This document shows, in pieces, positions 36,777 through 46,351 of a DNA stretch of 51,750 nt. Numbering within the stretch: the first letter of the stretch is position 1; the number at the start of each line of letters is the position of its first letter. A program made the translations under genes and the position numbers. Below the pieces are notes generated by a model, which had not been told where the DNA came from, did no database searches, and saw only the letters and a program-made list of their open reading frames with translations. The DNA is from an uncultured Planctomycetales bacterium (GTDB lineage: Bacteria > Omnitrophota > Gorgyraeia > Zapsychrales > Fredricksoniimonadaceae), in assembly GCA_964555945.1 (NCBI GenBank), contig CAZKUL010000002.1:1-51750 (forward strand). The letters run 5' to 3'.

Positions 36777-39047
36777 TTAACCTTTGCCCATGTTAAAACG
36801 GTTATAAATGTAAGAAACACCTAAGAATAACAAGCCTAAAACAATCAATGTAATTATTTTGAATATAATATCCAGCCCCGAGAGATCAATCAGGACAACG
36901 CGTCCAAGCGTCAAGGCCAGCAGGGCCATCCCTCCCAGCCGTTCAATTTTATGGCCGCTGATAAAGCCGGTCAAAATCAATACTACACTGGCTATCCCTA
37001 AACTCAAGGATATCCACTGAAAAAATACATATTGATGGATGGCGATGATTAAAAGGAGGAGCCCCACGGCAAAGGCCATTTCTTCTTCATACTCGAAAAA
37101 TAAGTCACTGGGGCTGCTGTGTTTGAGGTATTTGACTGAATAATAAACGGCCAAGATGGACAAGGCATCCACACTGACAATAAACCATTTGAAAAAACCG
37201 TTGGCCGCATGAATATGTTCCCCTAAGAATACACATGCTGAAAAACCAAATGCCACGTAAGCATAAGCCCTAAAACGGCGCAAGCCCAGCCATCTCCCAA
37301 TGGCCAAAAAGAACCACCCTTCCAGGGCCAAGGCAAAGGCGCACCACGGCTGATGCACCATGGACCAGAGACATTGAGACAAGTAAAAGCATGCTGCCAG
37401 AGAGAAAATCTGGTCAAAACCCAGATCAATGGGATCACATTGCGGGTCTTTCTTAAAACCTTGGGTCAGATTAAAACATCTGGCCATGGACAGGCAGACC
37501 CAAAAGGACATAAACCCAAGCCAGGTAAAGTGGTGTCCCAAAAAAATAATATCAGGCATAAACCCAAGCGTACCTAAAAAGATAAGGCGAAAAGCCACAA
37601 CAACAGCTAAGGCATAACTGAAATAATTAAATATCCTCTCTTTAAAAGTGATGCCAACAAATAACAGAGAAGGAATTTCAATCAACCACAGCAGCAGCGT
37701 AGAGGTGGGCAGGAATTTCAAAGAGAGGGCAAAGGTAATGCCAAAAACAGCAGCAATGATGTCGCTCAGATACATTTTCTCCTGCCTGGTCTTCTTCATC
37801 ATCAGTGCCGCGATTAAATAGATCAGTCCCTCCCCCAGAACAATGATAAACCGTTGGGTATAAAATAACCTAAGGACCAGAGGATAGGACAACAGGCTAT
37901 AGAGAGCGACATTGGCAAAATTAGTTGAGGCCAAGCTCCGCGCAAGGTCGTTATCCTTCAAGGACCTGATCAAGTGAACCCCGGTAAAGTAGACTAACCA
38001 ATAGGATGTCAGGAATATAAAATTCATCGCATCGTGATAATGGATTGGGTCCATATCAAAAAGGGTGTTGATGGGAGTGGCAAATAATCTTGGCAATATC
38101 CAAACGTAGTGGATGCCATAGGTCATGACTATTCCTAATGAAAGTATCCTCACCCACTGAAACCTATAAACCAAGACCAGAATCAAACAGGCTAGAAGCA
38201 GGGTGCTTAGAACCGTAAAACTCGTTATGGCGCCGATCGTGGATGTCAAATATGCCACAAAAATGGCCACGGCCATCATTCCCTCCGACTTGTATCTGAG
38301 CGTATGGGCCATCATGCCCAGCACAACCAAAGACAAGAGGATTAAATCGATAAACTCGTTGGAAATGATCCGCGAGGCTTCAAAATGATACATCGCGTAG
38401 GTCGTAAAATAGGTAATGGCCCAGGCCCCGCCCAGAAGGGCGCGGCCATAGTTTTTGAGCTTCTCTTGGGCCTCCAGTTTAATCCCCGCATAAAAGATTC
38501 CGCCAGCGACCATGTAGCCAAAGGCTATTTTTAAAAATGGTCCAAAATATTTAAAAGAATAACTGATCAAAAAGGCCACTCCGAGGGCCAGGACAGCTAT
38601 GCCTATTTTGCTCAGCCAGTTGCGACCGAAATCTAATTCCATGTCTGGGCGCTTGATAGGCACGGGAGAATCTTGAAGTGCTATGGGTCGTGAGGGAAGA
38701 ACTTCAGCTGCGGGCTTGGCATCTGGGACAAAGACCTTTACTAAAGGGGCTTCTGCGGTAGGTCCGGATAATTTGTTGATCAGGATCTCCAGTTGCTTGA
38801 TTTTTTCTTCCTGGGCCCATAAAGACGTTTGAAGATCACGCAATTGCCGGCGGGCGTCATCAAGGCTTGGAACATTATAATTATTAAGGTCCGGTTGGGA
38901 TGCTCTGCTGGAGACCAATAAGACAATCATGAATGCCAACGGGCCGGTAAATAATGACAAGAAAAAATACCCTACCAGCCCAAGTTTCTTTTGATCGGCA
39001 ATATAGAGTGTTGCAATGATTGATGCAATCCATAATGTCGCGAACAT
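36777..39047 (-). CDS. Large polytopic membrane protein, DUF2339-like
   Basis: The start was moved to the ATG at 39047, which has a CAGGAGG SD (30 upstream codons read through repeat A). An N-terminal TM and a coiled coil are followed by GRNWLSKIGIAVLALGVAFLI and more than 15 TM segments. Confidence 0.75.
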   Translation of the reverse strand: MFATLWIASIIATLYIADQKKLGLVGYFFLSLFTGPLAFMIVLLVSSRASQPDLNNYNVPSLDDARRQLRDLQTSLWAQEEKIKQLEILINKLSGPTAEAPLVKVFVPDAKPAAEVLPSRPIALQDSPVPIKRPDMELDFGRNWLSKIGIAVLALGVAFLISYSFKYFGPFLKIAFGYMVAGGIFYAGIKLEAQEKLKNYGRALLGGAWAITYFTTYAMYHFEASRIISNEFIDLILLSLVVLGMMAHTLRYKSEGMMAVAIFVAYLTSTIGAITSFTVLSTLLLACLILVLVYRFQWVRILSLGIVMTYGIHYVWILPRLFATPINTLFDMDPIHYHDAMNFIFLTSYWLVYFTGVHLIRSLKDNDLARSLASTNFANVALYSLLSYPLVLRLFYTQRFIIVLGEGLIYLIAALMMKKTRQEKMYLSDIIAAVFGITFALSLKFLPTSTLLLWLIEIPSLLFVGITFKERIFNYFSYALAVVVAFRLIFLGTLGFMPDIIFLGHHFTWLGFMSFWVCLSMARCFNLTQGFKKDPQCDPIDLGFDQIFSLAACFYLSQCLWSMVHQPWCAFALALEGWFFLAIGRWLGLRRFRAYAYVAFGFSACVFLGEHIHAANGFFKWFIVSVDALSILAVYYSVKYLKHSSPSDLFFEYEEEMAFAVGLLLLIIAIHQYVFFQWISLSLGIASVVLILTGFISGHKIERLGGMALLALTLGRVVLIDLSGLDIIFKIITLIVLGLLFLGVSYIYNRFNMGKG

Positions 39048-39063
39048 ATCAACCTCCTGATTC

Positions 39064-39147
39064 GGGCGGACACAAGGCCCGCCCCTACACGCATGTTCCC
39101 TTAATCGGGTGGACACGAGGTCCGCCCATACGCACAATTGGTGTCAC
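39064..39147. repeat. Family A GC-rich hairpin repeat, two direct units
   Basis: gggcggacacaaggcccgcccctacacgc ... gggtggacacgaggtccgcccatacgcacaattggtgtcac. It abuts the stop codon of the upstream gene. Confidence 0.85.
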
Positions 39148-39837
39148 TTAATTTACGTCCCGTCCCATGTATACCGTTCGTGGAGCTACTACAGTGTCCT
39201 TGGGGACGATGGCGCCGGCGGCGATGATGGCGTGGTCTCCAATCTCGACACCCGGCATGATAACGGAATTAAGACCTATGACAGCATTGGCCCCAATCTT
39301 CACTTTTTTGAGCTTGAGTCCCCGGCGTTCAAAGAGATGGCAGATGACCGTCGCATTGCCACCGATGACGGTGTTTTCCCCTATTTCCAATAGGGAGAGA
39401 TCTGCCACATTCTTCGAATTAATTTGCACGTTAGCCCCGAGTTTGGCCCCCATCATCCGATAAAACAAGTTGGAAAAAGGCGTCAAGAGCATAAAATCCA
39501 TAAAAAAAGCTTTCACGGCCTGGACCAGGGCATTTAAAAAGAACCACTTGAACAGTTCCGCATCTTTAAAAATGAAATTTCCTTCTTTAAGACGCAAATT
39601 CAAGACCATGTTCAATAAACCAACCAGCAATAACAATGTAAGGCCAAAAAGAAAAAAGCCCCCGGCAATACCAAATCCTAAGATCAGGGCCCGGGGGAAA
39701 AGGCCCCAAGCCTGTGTCATGGACAGTACATTCAAGAATAACGCCAGCACGGGTGCGAGCGCCAGGCCCACCACCAAAGCCCCCAGAAAATATAAGAATA
39801 TAACGATAATTCCCTGCACCATGGCTCTTCCCATCAA
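39148..39837 (-). CDS. Membrane-anchored left-handed beta-helix (hexapeptide) acyltransferase
   Basis: 229 aa. N-terminal TM segments are followed by hexapeptide repeats (IGENTVIGGNATV, IGANAVIGLNSVI, IGDHAIIAAGAIV). Confidence 0.75.
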   Translation of the reverse strand: MMGRAMVQGIIVIFLYFLGALVVGLALAPVLALFLNVLSMTQAWGLFPRALILGFGIAGGFFLFGLTLLLLVGLLNMVLNLRLKEGNFIFKDAELFKWFFLNALVQAVKAFFMDFMLLTPFSNLFYRMMGAKLGANVQINSKNVADLSLLEIGENTVIGGNATVICHLFERRGLKLKKVKIGANAVIGLNSVIMPGVEIGDHAIIAAGAIVPKDTVVAPRTVYMGRDVN

Positions 39838-39865
39838 AGGCTCCTTTAAAATTAGTCTTGTTATG

Positions 39866-39894
39866 GATCCCCGATTAAAGCATTCGGGGATGAC
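39866..39894. repeat. Family B repeat unit
   Basis: gatccccgattaaagcattcggggatgac. Confidence 0.7.
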
Positions 39895-39898
39895 AATT

Positions 39899-40654
39899 CT
39901 ATAGTTTGTCTTTAAACCATTCCAAGGAAGGATTCATCAATAAATCCGGCTGCTGGTCAAACATGGTTTCCGCATGACCAAGCTTGGGAAGAATGATGAG
40001 CTTCTTGGGCTCCTTGGCTTTGTTATACAATTCCCGGCTGTGCCTGGGATGAATTAACCAGTCTTCTTCTCCGTGGATAAACAAGACCCCTCGGGGAGAT
40101 ATCTGGTCGACAATGTCAATGGGAGCTATCTTTAGCTGCCACGGATGGCTGGGCCTGACCCCCTTGCCCTTGGCTTTAAACCCTAGGTTTAACAAAAAAT
40201 CATCCCACATGCCCCGTTTCCAAAAATGATAATCGATTTTCCAGAAATCATAAGGCGCACTGACGGCAATCACAGTCTTTACGTCCGGGTTCTGCGCGGC
40301 TTCTATCAGGCTGATGGCTGCCCCTAAAGAAAATCCCATAAGACCAATTCCCTCATAGCCGCAACTTTTGACATAAGCAATAACGGCCTGAAGGTCGACG
40401 CACTCCTTGGCCGTCCATGTAAAAAGTCCTGAACTTTTGCCATGTCCGCGAAAATCAAAACTGACCACATCAAAATGAAGGGCAATAACCTTAGCGATCT
40501 GTTGAAACAGATAGGTGTCTTTGGCGTTATAAAATCCATGCGCCAGGATAACGGCCTTTTTAAATCCACCCTCATGGTGCTCCGCTTCGATGCGGTGTTC
40601 GTCTTTAGTCTTTAAGGTCACGTTACGCACTGACTTCTCCCTTGTTGCGTTCAA
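39899..40654 (-). CDS. Alpha/beta hydrolase
   Basis: 251 aa with the nucleophile elbow GFSLGA and HG...D/H motifs. The start is uncertain: the track start is TTG, and GTG codons at 40630 and 40621 are alternatives. Confidence 0.8.
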   Translation of the reverse strand: MNATREKSVRNVTLKTKDEHRIEAEHHEGGFKKAVILAHGFYNAKDTYLFQQIAKVIALHFDVVSFDFRGHGKSSGLFTWTAKECVDLQAVIAYVKSCGYEGIGLMGFSLGAAISLIEAAQNPDVKTVIAVSAPYDFWKIDYHFWKRGMWDDFLLNLGFKAKGKGVRPSHPWQLKIAPIDIVDQISPRGVLFIHGEEDWLIHPRHSRELYNKAKEPKKLIILPKLGHAETMFDQQPDLLMNPSLEWFKDKL

Positions 40655-43600
40655 CTAATTCCTGAGCTAACATTTTAATTTTCTTTAAATCCAGTTTACC
40701 GGTGCCGAGCAAAGGAATGGCATCAATCTTATAATAACACTCCTTTTTGGGAACCCATAAATTCGGAATGCCTTTTCTCGTTAAGGCGTCCGTAATCGCC
40801 TCAATATCGATATCAACCGTATGCAAGACAATCAACCGTTCCCCTTTTTTCTCATCAGCGACCGATGTGACGGCAACCACCGGGTCAACAGCACCGATGG
40901 CCTCCATGATATTCTCTTCGATCTTAATATGCGGTACCATCTCCCCGCCAATTTTACTAAAACGGCTTAAGCGATCGGTGATCTTGATAAAGCCGTCTTC
41001 ATCCATATTAGCGATGTCGCCGGTGATATACCAGCCATCCTTGATGACCTCAGCGGTCTTAGAGGGATTATTCAAATAGCCTTTCATCACATTGGCACCC
41101 TTGATGAGCAATAGGCCCTCTTCATCAGGCCCCTTGGTTTCAAAGGTGTCGGGATCCACAATTTTGGCGGCCACCCCTGGAATGGGATTGCCTACCTTTC
41201 CAAATTTATGCCCCACCTGGCGCTCATTGGTTTCCCTCCACACATAATCCGGCGTACCCACCATGGCGATGGGAGATAACTCCGTGGCACCATACCCTTC
41301 CAAAGGTATGATACCAAATTTTTCCTCAAATGCCTGCGCCAGTGTTTCTTTGAGCTTCTCAGCACCGACCACCGCCATGCGTAAATGGCTGAACTGTTCC
41401 TTGGTGCATTTCTTGATATACGCGGACATAAAGGTCGGTGTCCCCATAAGAATAGTACCCTTATAACGTAAGGCCAATTTTCCGATTGTTGAGGCGTCCA
41501 GGGGATTGGTATGAAAGGCCACACCCACCGCTGTCCCAATGGGAAATCCCATGGTGGCTGTAAATCCAAAAGAATGGAAAAACGGCAATGCCGCGATGAC
41601 GACGTCATTCTTCTTAATATTAAAGACCTGATAGAAATTCTCGATATTGGAAAAAATATTCCCGTGGGTCAGCATCACACCTTTAGGTTCCCCTGTCGAT
41701 CCGCTGGAGAAGATGACAGTGGCCACATCATCGACGTTTGCCCTATCGCCTTTGACGAACACATGGCTTAAAAATGCCTTCGGCAGCATAAGGGCGGCCA
41801 GGAAATAAATCCCGCTCTTAACGGGGCTCACCCTTGTTTTTAAATCTTCCAGAAAGACCATGCCCTCCCGGGGTTGCATGCCTAGTTTTTCAATAAAAGC
41901 CCTGGAGGTGACGATCGTCTTCATCTGGCATTGTTTGATGCAGGATTCAAAAGCTTCCTGCGACAATGTAAAGTTTAAATTGACCGGTACCTTGCCTGCA
42001 AAGGCCACCGCCAAATTGGCGATCACCCCCATGCACGAGGAGGGCAATAAAAGGCCTACCATTTCGTTTGTTTCCAGGGGACGGCGATCTTGAGGAAATA
42101 AAATCTGGCCCAAGGAAACCACCGCCGCAAAACTTTTGGCATAGTTGAATTCCAAACCCATGGAATCGGCCATGGAAAACTTGAAAGGATGCCGCTTGAC
42201 CTCATCGATGAAGGCCAGGTGTAATTTCTTGCGCCAGGCGCCCCTTAAAATGTTAGCTTGCGCGCCTAATTCCTGAACTGTTTGTCTCACCTGGAGGGCT
42301 TTTGATGCCGCTGCCATCGGTTTTCCGAAAACGATAGAGACCGGATACAAAGTGAGTTTCGGAAACTTCCAAAAGAATCTTCCATCTGAAAAACTAAAAA
42401 TGCTGGGCCAAATATTATCCAAATACAAAGGGATGATAGGGACATCCACATTCTTCATGATATGTTCAAAACCCCGATTAAAGGGAAGCATATTGCCTGT
42501 CCTGGTCAAAACCCCTTCGGGAAAAATGCATACCAATTCGCCATTCTGAATTGCTTCCCTGGCTGTCGTCAGCGCGAGCAAAGTGGCCTTGGGACCTTCG
42601 TCTTTATCAATGGGGATGGCCTTAGTGACGCGGCAAATGAAATGAATAAGGGGCATCTCATAGATCTTGCGATAAACCATAAAACGCACCGGCCTTTTTA
42701 ATGCCGCCGCGATCAACACGCCATCAACGTAGGAAATGTGGTTGGCCACGAGCAGCGCTCCCCCTTTGGGCGGAATATGGTCACCTCCGACTATTTTTAA
42801 ACGATAGACGATGTGCGCCAGCAGCCAGTTAAAAAGCCTGATGAAAGCAATAGGAAGCTTGACCACAATAAAAACTGTTGCCACCAAGGACAGTCCTGAG
42901 GCAATCAAAAATACCTTATCTGAACTTATCCCCATTTGCCCGGCGATAATCCAAAGAAAACCACCGGCGACCAGGGAGCCGGCAGCGGTCACGATCCCCA
43001 ACACAGAGAGATACATCCCCCGATATGCCTCCGGCGAATATTGTTGAAAAAAGGCATTGAGGGGAACGGTGTAAAATCCTCCGCATATCCCGAGGACAAA
43101 TAGGAAACAGAGGATCACATCATAAGGACCACCTATTCCCAGCAAAAAAGTCATTACACAGATGCCCAGGGCCCCTAGAGGTACGAGCCCCAGTTCCACC
43201 TTGCCTTCAGAGGCCCCACCGGCAAGCACACTGCCTAAGGCCAGCCCAAAGGAAACAGCCAGCATCAAAAGGCTGATTTGGATCTCCCCCACATGTAATA
43301 CGTGCGGCCCATAGACTAAAATATTCATCTGAAAGATGGAGCCGGCAAAGTTAAAAAAGGCCAGGGCCAACATGGCCAAAAACAAACCCTCGTCTTTGTA
43401 AATTCCTTTTAAGGCCAGCACGAATTCCCCATAAATATCTTTCTTAATAAAAATTCTCTGTGTCTTTTCCAATTTAATAAGAAGGCTTAATCCAAAGCCG
43501 ACGATCATCAGGGCCACCATCAAAAAACCAACCATGTATAACTGATGGTGGAATATTTTAAACAGCAGCCCACCTAAAGCCGTCCCTAATATAATGCCTA

Positions 43601-44048
43601 CAAAGGTGGCCATTTGCATATAGCCGTTGCCTTTGGATAGTTCCGACTCTTCCAGCATTTCTGCGAGCAAACCTGCCCTGGAGGGGCCAAACAAAGCGCT
43701 GTCGGCTTCAAATAAGAATAAGATGGCTGTTAAGAACCAAAGGTTCCCCTTAAACAGGGCCCAGCAAGCCAACAGGGCCATGAACATCTTGAGGGCAAAC
43801 ATGGCGACGATCACATTTCTCTTATAAAACCTGTCGGCCAAATAGCCGCCCAGGGGTGAGAAAATAACAAAAGGTAAAATAAAAACAATCCCAATGATGC
43901 TGACAAACCGGGCAATTTCCCCTGCACCTAATAACACCTGGATGGCACAGAATGAAACAATGATCTTAAACAGATTGTCACTAAAGGCCCCCACAAACTG
44001 GGTCAGACCCAAGGCTTTAAATGACAGTGTCTGGCATGTGCGTTCCAT
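40623..44048 (-). CDS. Triple fusion: MFS lysophospholipid transporter (LplT-like), PlsC acyltransferase and acyl-ACP synthetase (Aas-like)
   Basis: 1141 aa. About 12 TM segments of MFS type come first. Then come HISYVDG and FPEGVLTRTG (PlsC motifs). The AMP-binding motifs are SSGSTGEPKG, GYGATE and the GWYITGD/KIGGEMV tail. Confidence 0.88.
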   Translation of the reverse strand: MERTCQTLSFKALGLTQFVGAFSDNLFKIIVSFCAIQVLLGAGEIARFVSIIGIVFILPFVIFSPLGGYLADRFYKRNVIVAMFALKMFMALLACWALFKGNLWFLTAILFLFEADSALFGPSRAGLLAEMLEESELSKGNGYMQMATFVGIILGTALGGLLFKIFHHQLYMVGFLMVALMIVGFGLSLLIKLEKTQRIFIKKDIYGEFVLALKGIYKDEGLFLAMLALAFFNFAGSIFQMNILVYGPHVLHVGEIQISLLMLAVSFGLALGSVLAGGASEGKVELGLVPLGALGICVMTFLLGIGGPYDVILCFLFVLGICGGFYTVPLNAFFQQYSPEAYRGMYLSVLGIVTAAGSLVAGGFLWIIAGQMGISSDKVFLIASGLSLVATVFIVVKLPIAFIRLFNWLLAHIVYRLKIVGGDHIPPKGGALLVANHISYVDGVLIAAALKRPVRFMVYRKIYEMPLIHFICRVTKAIPIDKDEGPKATLLALTTAREAIQNGELVCIFPEGVLTRTGNMLPFNRGFEHIMKNVDVPIIPLYLDNIWPSIFSFSDGRFFWKFPKLTLYPVSIVFGKPMAAASKALQVRQTVQELGAQANILRGAWRKKLHLAFIDEVKRHPFKFSMADSMGLEFNYAKSFAAVVSLGQILFPQDRRPLETNEMVGLLLPSSCMGVIANLAVAFAGKVPVNLNFTLSQEAFESCIKQCQMKTIVTSRAFIEKLGMQPREGMVFLEDLKTRVSPVKSGIYFLAALMLPKAFLSHVFVKGDRANVDDVATVIFSSGSTGEPKGVMLTHGNIFSNIENFYQVFNIKKNDVVIAALPFFHSFGFTATMGFPIGTAVGVAFHTNPLDASTIGKLALRYKGTILMGTPTFMSAYIKKCTKEQFSHLRMAVVGAEKLKETLAQAFEEKFGIIPLEGYGATELSPIAMVGTPDYVWRETNERQVGHKFGKVGNPIPGVAAKIVDPDTFETKGPDEEGLLLIKGANVMKGYLNNPSKTAEVIKDGWYITGDIANMDEDGFIKITDRLSRFSKIGGEMVPHIKIEENIMEAIGAVDPVVAVTSVADEKKGERLIVLHTVDIDIEAITDALTRKGIPNLWVPKKECYYKIDAIPLLGTGKLDLKKIKMLAQELVERNKGEVSA

Positions 44049-44547
44049 GGAGAGTCCCTTCTGCCTGGCGTGTTAACCACTTTTGCAACAAACCTGCTAA
44101 AACCTTTTGTTCTTCCCCGGAAATATTGTTGGCCAATCCCTGAAGCCTTTCTTCATAACCCGGCCAAACTTGATCTAACAAGGCTGAACCTTTGGCGGTG
44201 ATGGTGACCAGGTTGACCCTGGCATCCTTCTTATAGATGACGCGTTTAAGCAGGCCTTTTTTCTCTAATCGCTGGAGGGCACGGGTCATATTGTGGGCCG
44301 TGACCATTAATTTTTGCCCTAAATCGACCTGGGATATGCCTTGTCGCTCTCCTTGATGCTTGACGAGCATAAGGACATTCATGTCTGTGGGTGAGAGATC
44401 ATGGTCTTTGAGGTAGGCGCCAATGACATTAATCATGGAAATATACACAAGCCCCACCCCATAGACCATTTCTTCATCATACCTCCCCCGGCCGATGTCG
44501 ACCCCCTTGTGCTTAAAGTGATTTTCTGTTGACTGGTGTGTCTTCAT
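44017..44547 (-). CDS. MarR-family transcriptional regulator
   Basis: 176 aa with a winged HTH (ISQVDLGQKLMVTAHNMTRALQRLEKKGLLKR). It overlaps the fusion gene by 32 nt. Confidence 0.85.
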   Translation of the reverse strand: MKTHQSTENHFKHKGVDIGRGRYDEEMVYGVGLVYISMINVIGAYLKDHDLSPTDMNVLMLVKHQGERQGISQVDLGQKLMVTAHNMTRALQRLEKKGLLKRVIYKKDARVNLVTITAKGSALLDQVWPGYEERLQGLANNISGEEQKVLAGLLQKWLTRQAEGTLHGTHMPDTVI

Positions 44548-44567
44548 ATCGCCTCAACTGTTATTGA

Positions 44568-44579
44568 TTGCAATTGCAA
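44568..44579. promoter_or_regulatory. Perfect 12-bp palindrome TTGCAATTGCAA, putative MarR operator 1
   Basis: It starts 21 nt upstream of the MarR start codon. An identical copy lies 43 nt away. Confidence 0.6.
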
Positions 44580-44610
44580 CTAATCCTAAACAAACTATAG
44601 CATCTTTTAG

Positions 44611-44622
44611 TTGCAATTGCAA
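44611..44622. promoter_or_regulatory. Perfect 12-bp palindrome TTGCAATTGCAA, putative MarR operator 2
   Basis: Second identical copy, flanked as tagTTGCAATTGCAAgta. Confidence 0.6.
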
Positions 44623-44664
44623 GTAATTATTGTGGATAAGGTGGATAAGGGGAGTTGCAGGGAA

Positions 44665-45000
44665 CTACAGATGGTCATAGCCGATAAGTAAAACCACTCC
44701 AAGAAGAAAAATCAATGCAATAGCCATCACTATTTTTATCATTGCTTTATCGGCTTCTTTGCCATCTATTTCCACTTTCTTCTCAAAATCCCGTTCTATA
44801 TCCTTTATCACACCAACGGCCTTCCCATAATCGCCATCTTCCACAAACAGCCTTAACATTGGCCTCAATGTCCCCATTGTTGCCCAGCTGGCCCCAAAGT
44901 ATCCTCCTACTTCTTCAACCGTCGGGAAGATGTCTTCATCCTCTAATTTTTCTTTATACACGCTCGCGGCTTCAAAGTTATATTCACCTAAAAATTTCAT
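44665..45000 (-). CDS. Hypothetical protein with a C-terminal TM anchor
   Basis: 111 aa. A soluble acidic N-domain is followed by IVMAIALIFLLGVVLLIGY. Confidence 0.55.
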   Translation of the reverse strand: MKFLGEYNFEAASVYKEKLEDEDIFPTVEEVGGYFGASWATMGTLRPMLRLFVEDGDYGKAVGVIKDIERDFEKKVEIDGKEADKAMIKIVMAIALIFLLGVVLLIGYDHL

Positions 45001-45069
45001 TTCTTTTTTCTTTCTAACGGGCCAATTAAGAACCTTCCCCTGTCGGGGTTATTGGCCTTGATCGTCAGG

Positions 45070-46338
45070 CTAAATTTTAATCTCTAAGAGTTCGTCCCAC
45101 CGCGTTGTGTACCGCTTTGATTTCCGCGACTGCTTCATAAACCAGGGCTTACCTAATCCTTCAGCCGCAAAGAAGAGCTGGCCGCTATCAGCCGAACGGT
45201 TGTACTCATCCATGACCTTCATTAACCTCTGATCCGGACTTTCCGTATAAACAGGCTTAAACAAATCCTGCTGGACTTTAGTTTCATCCGAAAAATTGGT
45301 CAACATGACCCCACAACTTTTATAACGATAACCTTCCTTGTATATCCTCAATAACAGCTTCTTGGCGATCTCAATCAACTGCGGCGTGTAGGCCGTTGGC
45401 GGTGTTATATCAATGCTGGCCGAATTGCGGTAATAATGCCGTTTAAACGGGTCCGTTTCAATAAAGACTTGGGCATGCCCGGCCACCGCATTTTGATGAC
45501 GCAATTTCTCCGCAGCCTTTGAGACATAGGCCGAAACGGCTTCTTGCATCTCATTGAGGCCGCTGACCTCATAGCCAAAGGTACGGGAAGTGACTATGGC
45601 CTTCTTGTTGGGCTGGACTTCATCACAAGATATGCAAGGCACTCCTCTTAGCTCCCTGACGGTCCGCAGGGTCACAACAGTTAAATGCTTTTTTATCCAC
45701 TCATCAGGTGCTTGTCTCAATTGTAATGCGTTGTTGATGCCATGACGGCTTAGAAACAGGGCCTTTTCGTGCCCTATCCCCCAAATTTCCCGCACCGGCG
45801 TCTTTTCAAGCCACTGGTCAATGTCCTTTCCATCAATAAAGCAAAATACCCCACCCATCTTGGGATTGTCCTTGGCAATATGATTGGCAACCTTGGCCAG
45901 GGTCTTTGTAGGGGCAATGCCTACAGAAACCGGAATACCAGTCCGTTCTTTGACCGTGCTTCTGATCTTCCGGCCATAATCTAAATATCCATGATTTTCA
46001 AAACCTGCCAAAGACAGGAAAGCTTCATCAATCGAATAAATTTCCAAATTGGGTGTGAATGCAGATAACGTGGCCATGACCCGGCCGGACATGTCTCCGT
46101 ATAAAACAAAATTTGCCGAAAATACCTTAACGTCATGCTGTTTGACCAGCTGTTCGCATTTAAAAATCGGCGCGCCCATGGCAATGCCAATGTCCTTGGC
46201 CTCCTGGGACCGCGAAATTGCACAACCGTCATTGTTGGACAATACGACTACGGGCTTATTTTTAAAGGCAGGATGAAATACTCTCTCACAGGATACAAAG
46301 AAGCTGTTGCAGTCAACGAGGGCAAAAATATTTTTCAT
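45070..46338 (-). CDS. umuC: Y-family translesion DNA polymerase, UmuC-like
   Basis: 422 aa. The N-terminus is FALVDCNSFFVSCERVF...PVVVLSNNDGC. It lies downstream of a umuD-like gene. Confidence 0.9.
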   Translation of the reverse strand: MKNIFALVDCNSFFVSCERVFHPAFKNKPVVVLSNNDGCAISRSQEAKDIGIAMGAPIFKCEQLVKQHDVKVFSANFVLYGDMSGRVMATLSAFTPNLEIYSIDEAFLSLAGFENHGYLDYGRKIRSTVKERTGIPVSVGIAPTKTLAKVANHIAKDNPKMGGVFCFIDGKDIDQWLEKTPVREIWGIGHEKALFLSRHGINNALQLRQAPDEWIKKHLTVVTLRTVRELRGVPCISCDEVQPNKKAIVTSRTFGYEVSGLNEMQEAVSAYVSKAAEKLRHQNAVAGHAQVFIETDPFKRHYYRNSASIDITPPTAYTPQLIEIAKKLLLRIYKEGYRYKSCGVMLTNFSDETKVQQDLFKPVYTESPDQRLMKVMDEYNRSADSGQLFFAAEGLGKPWFMKQSRKSKRYTTRWDELLEIKI

Positions 46339-46351
46339 ATTAAACCTACAT

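Noticed and set aside
28218-39147. Possibility that the recurring GC-rich palindromes are a CRISPR array
   Set aside because: The copies are kilobases apart in separate intergenic gaps. There is no regular repeat-spacer periodicity, and no cas genes are visible.
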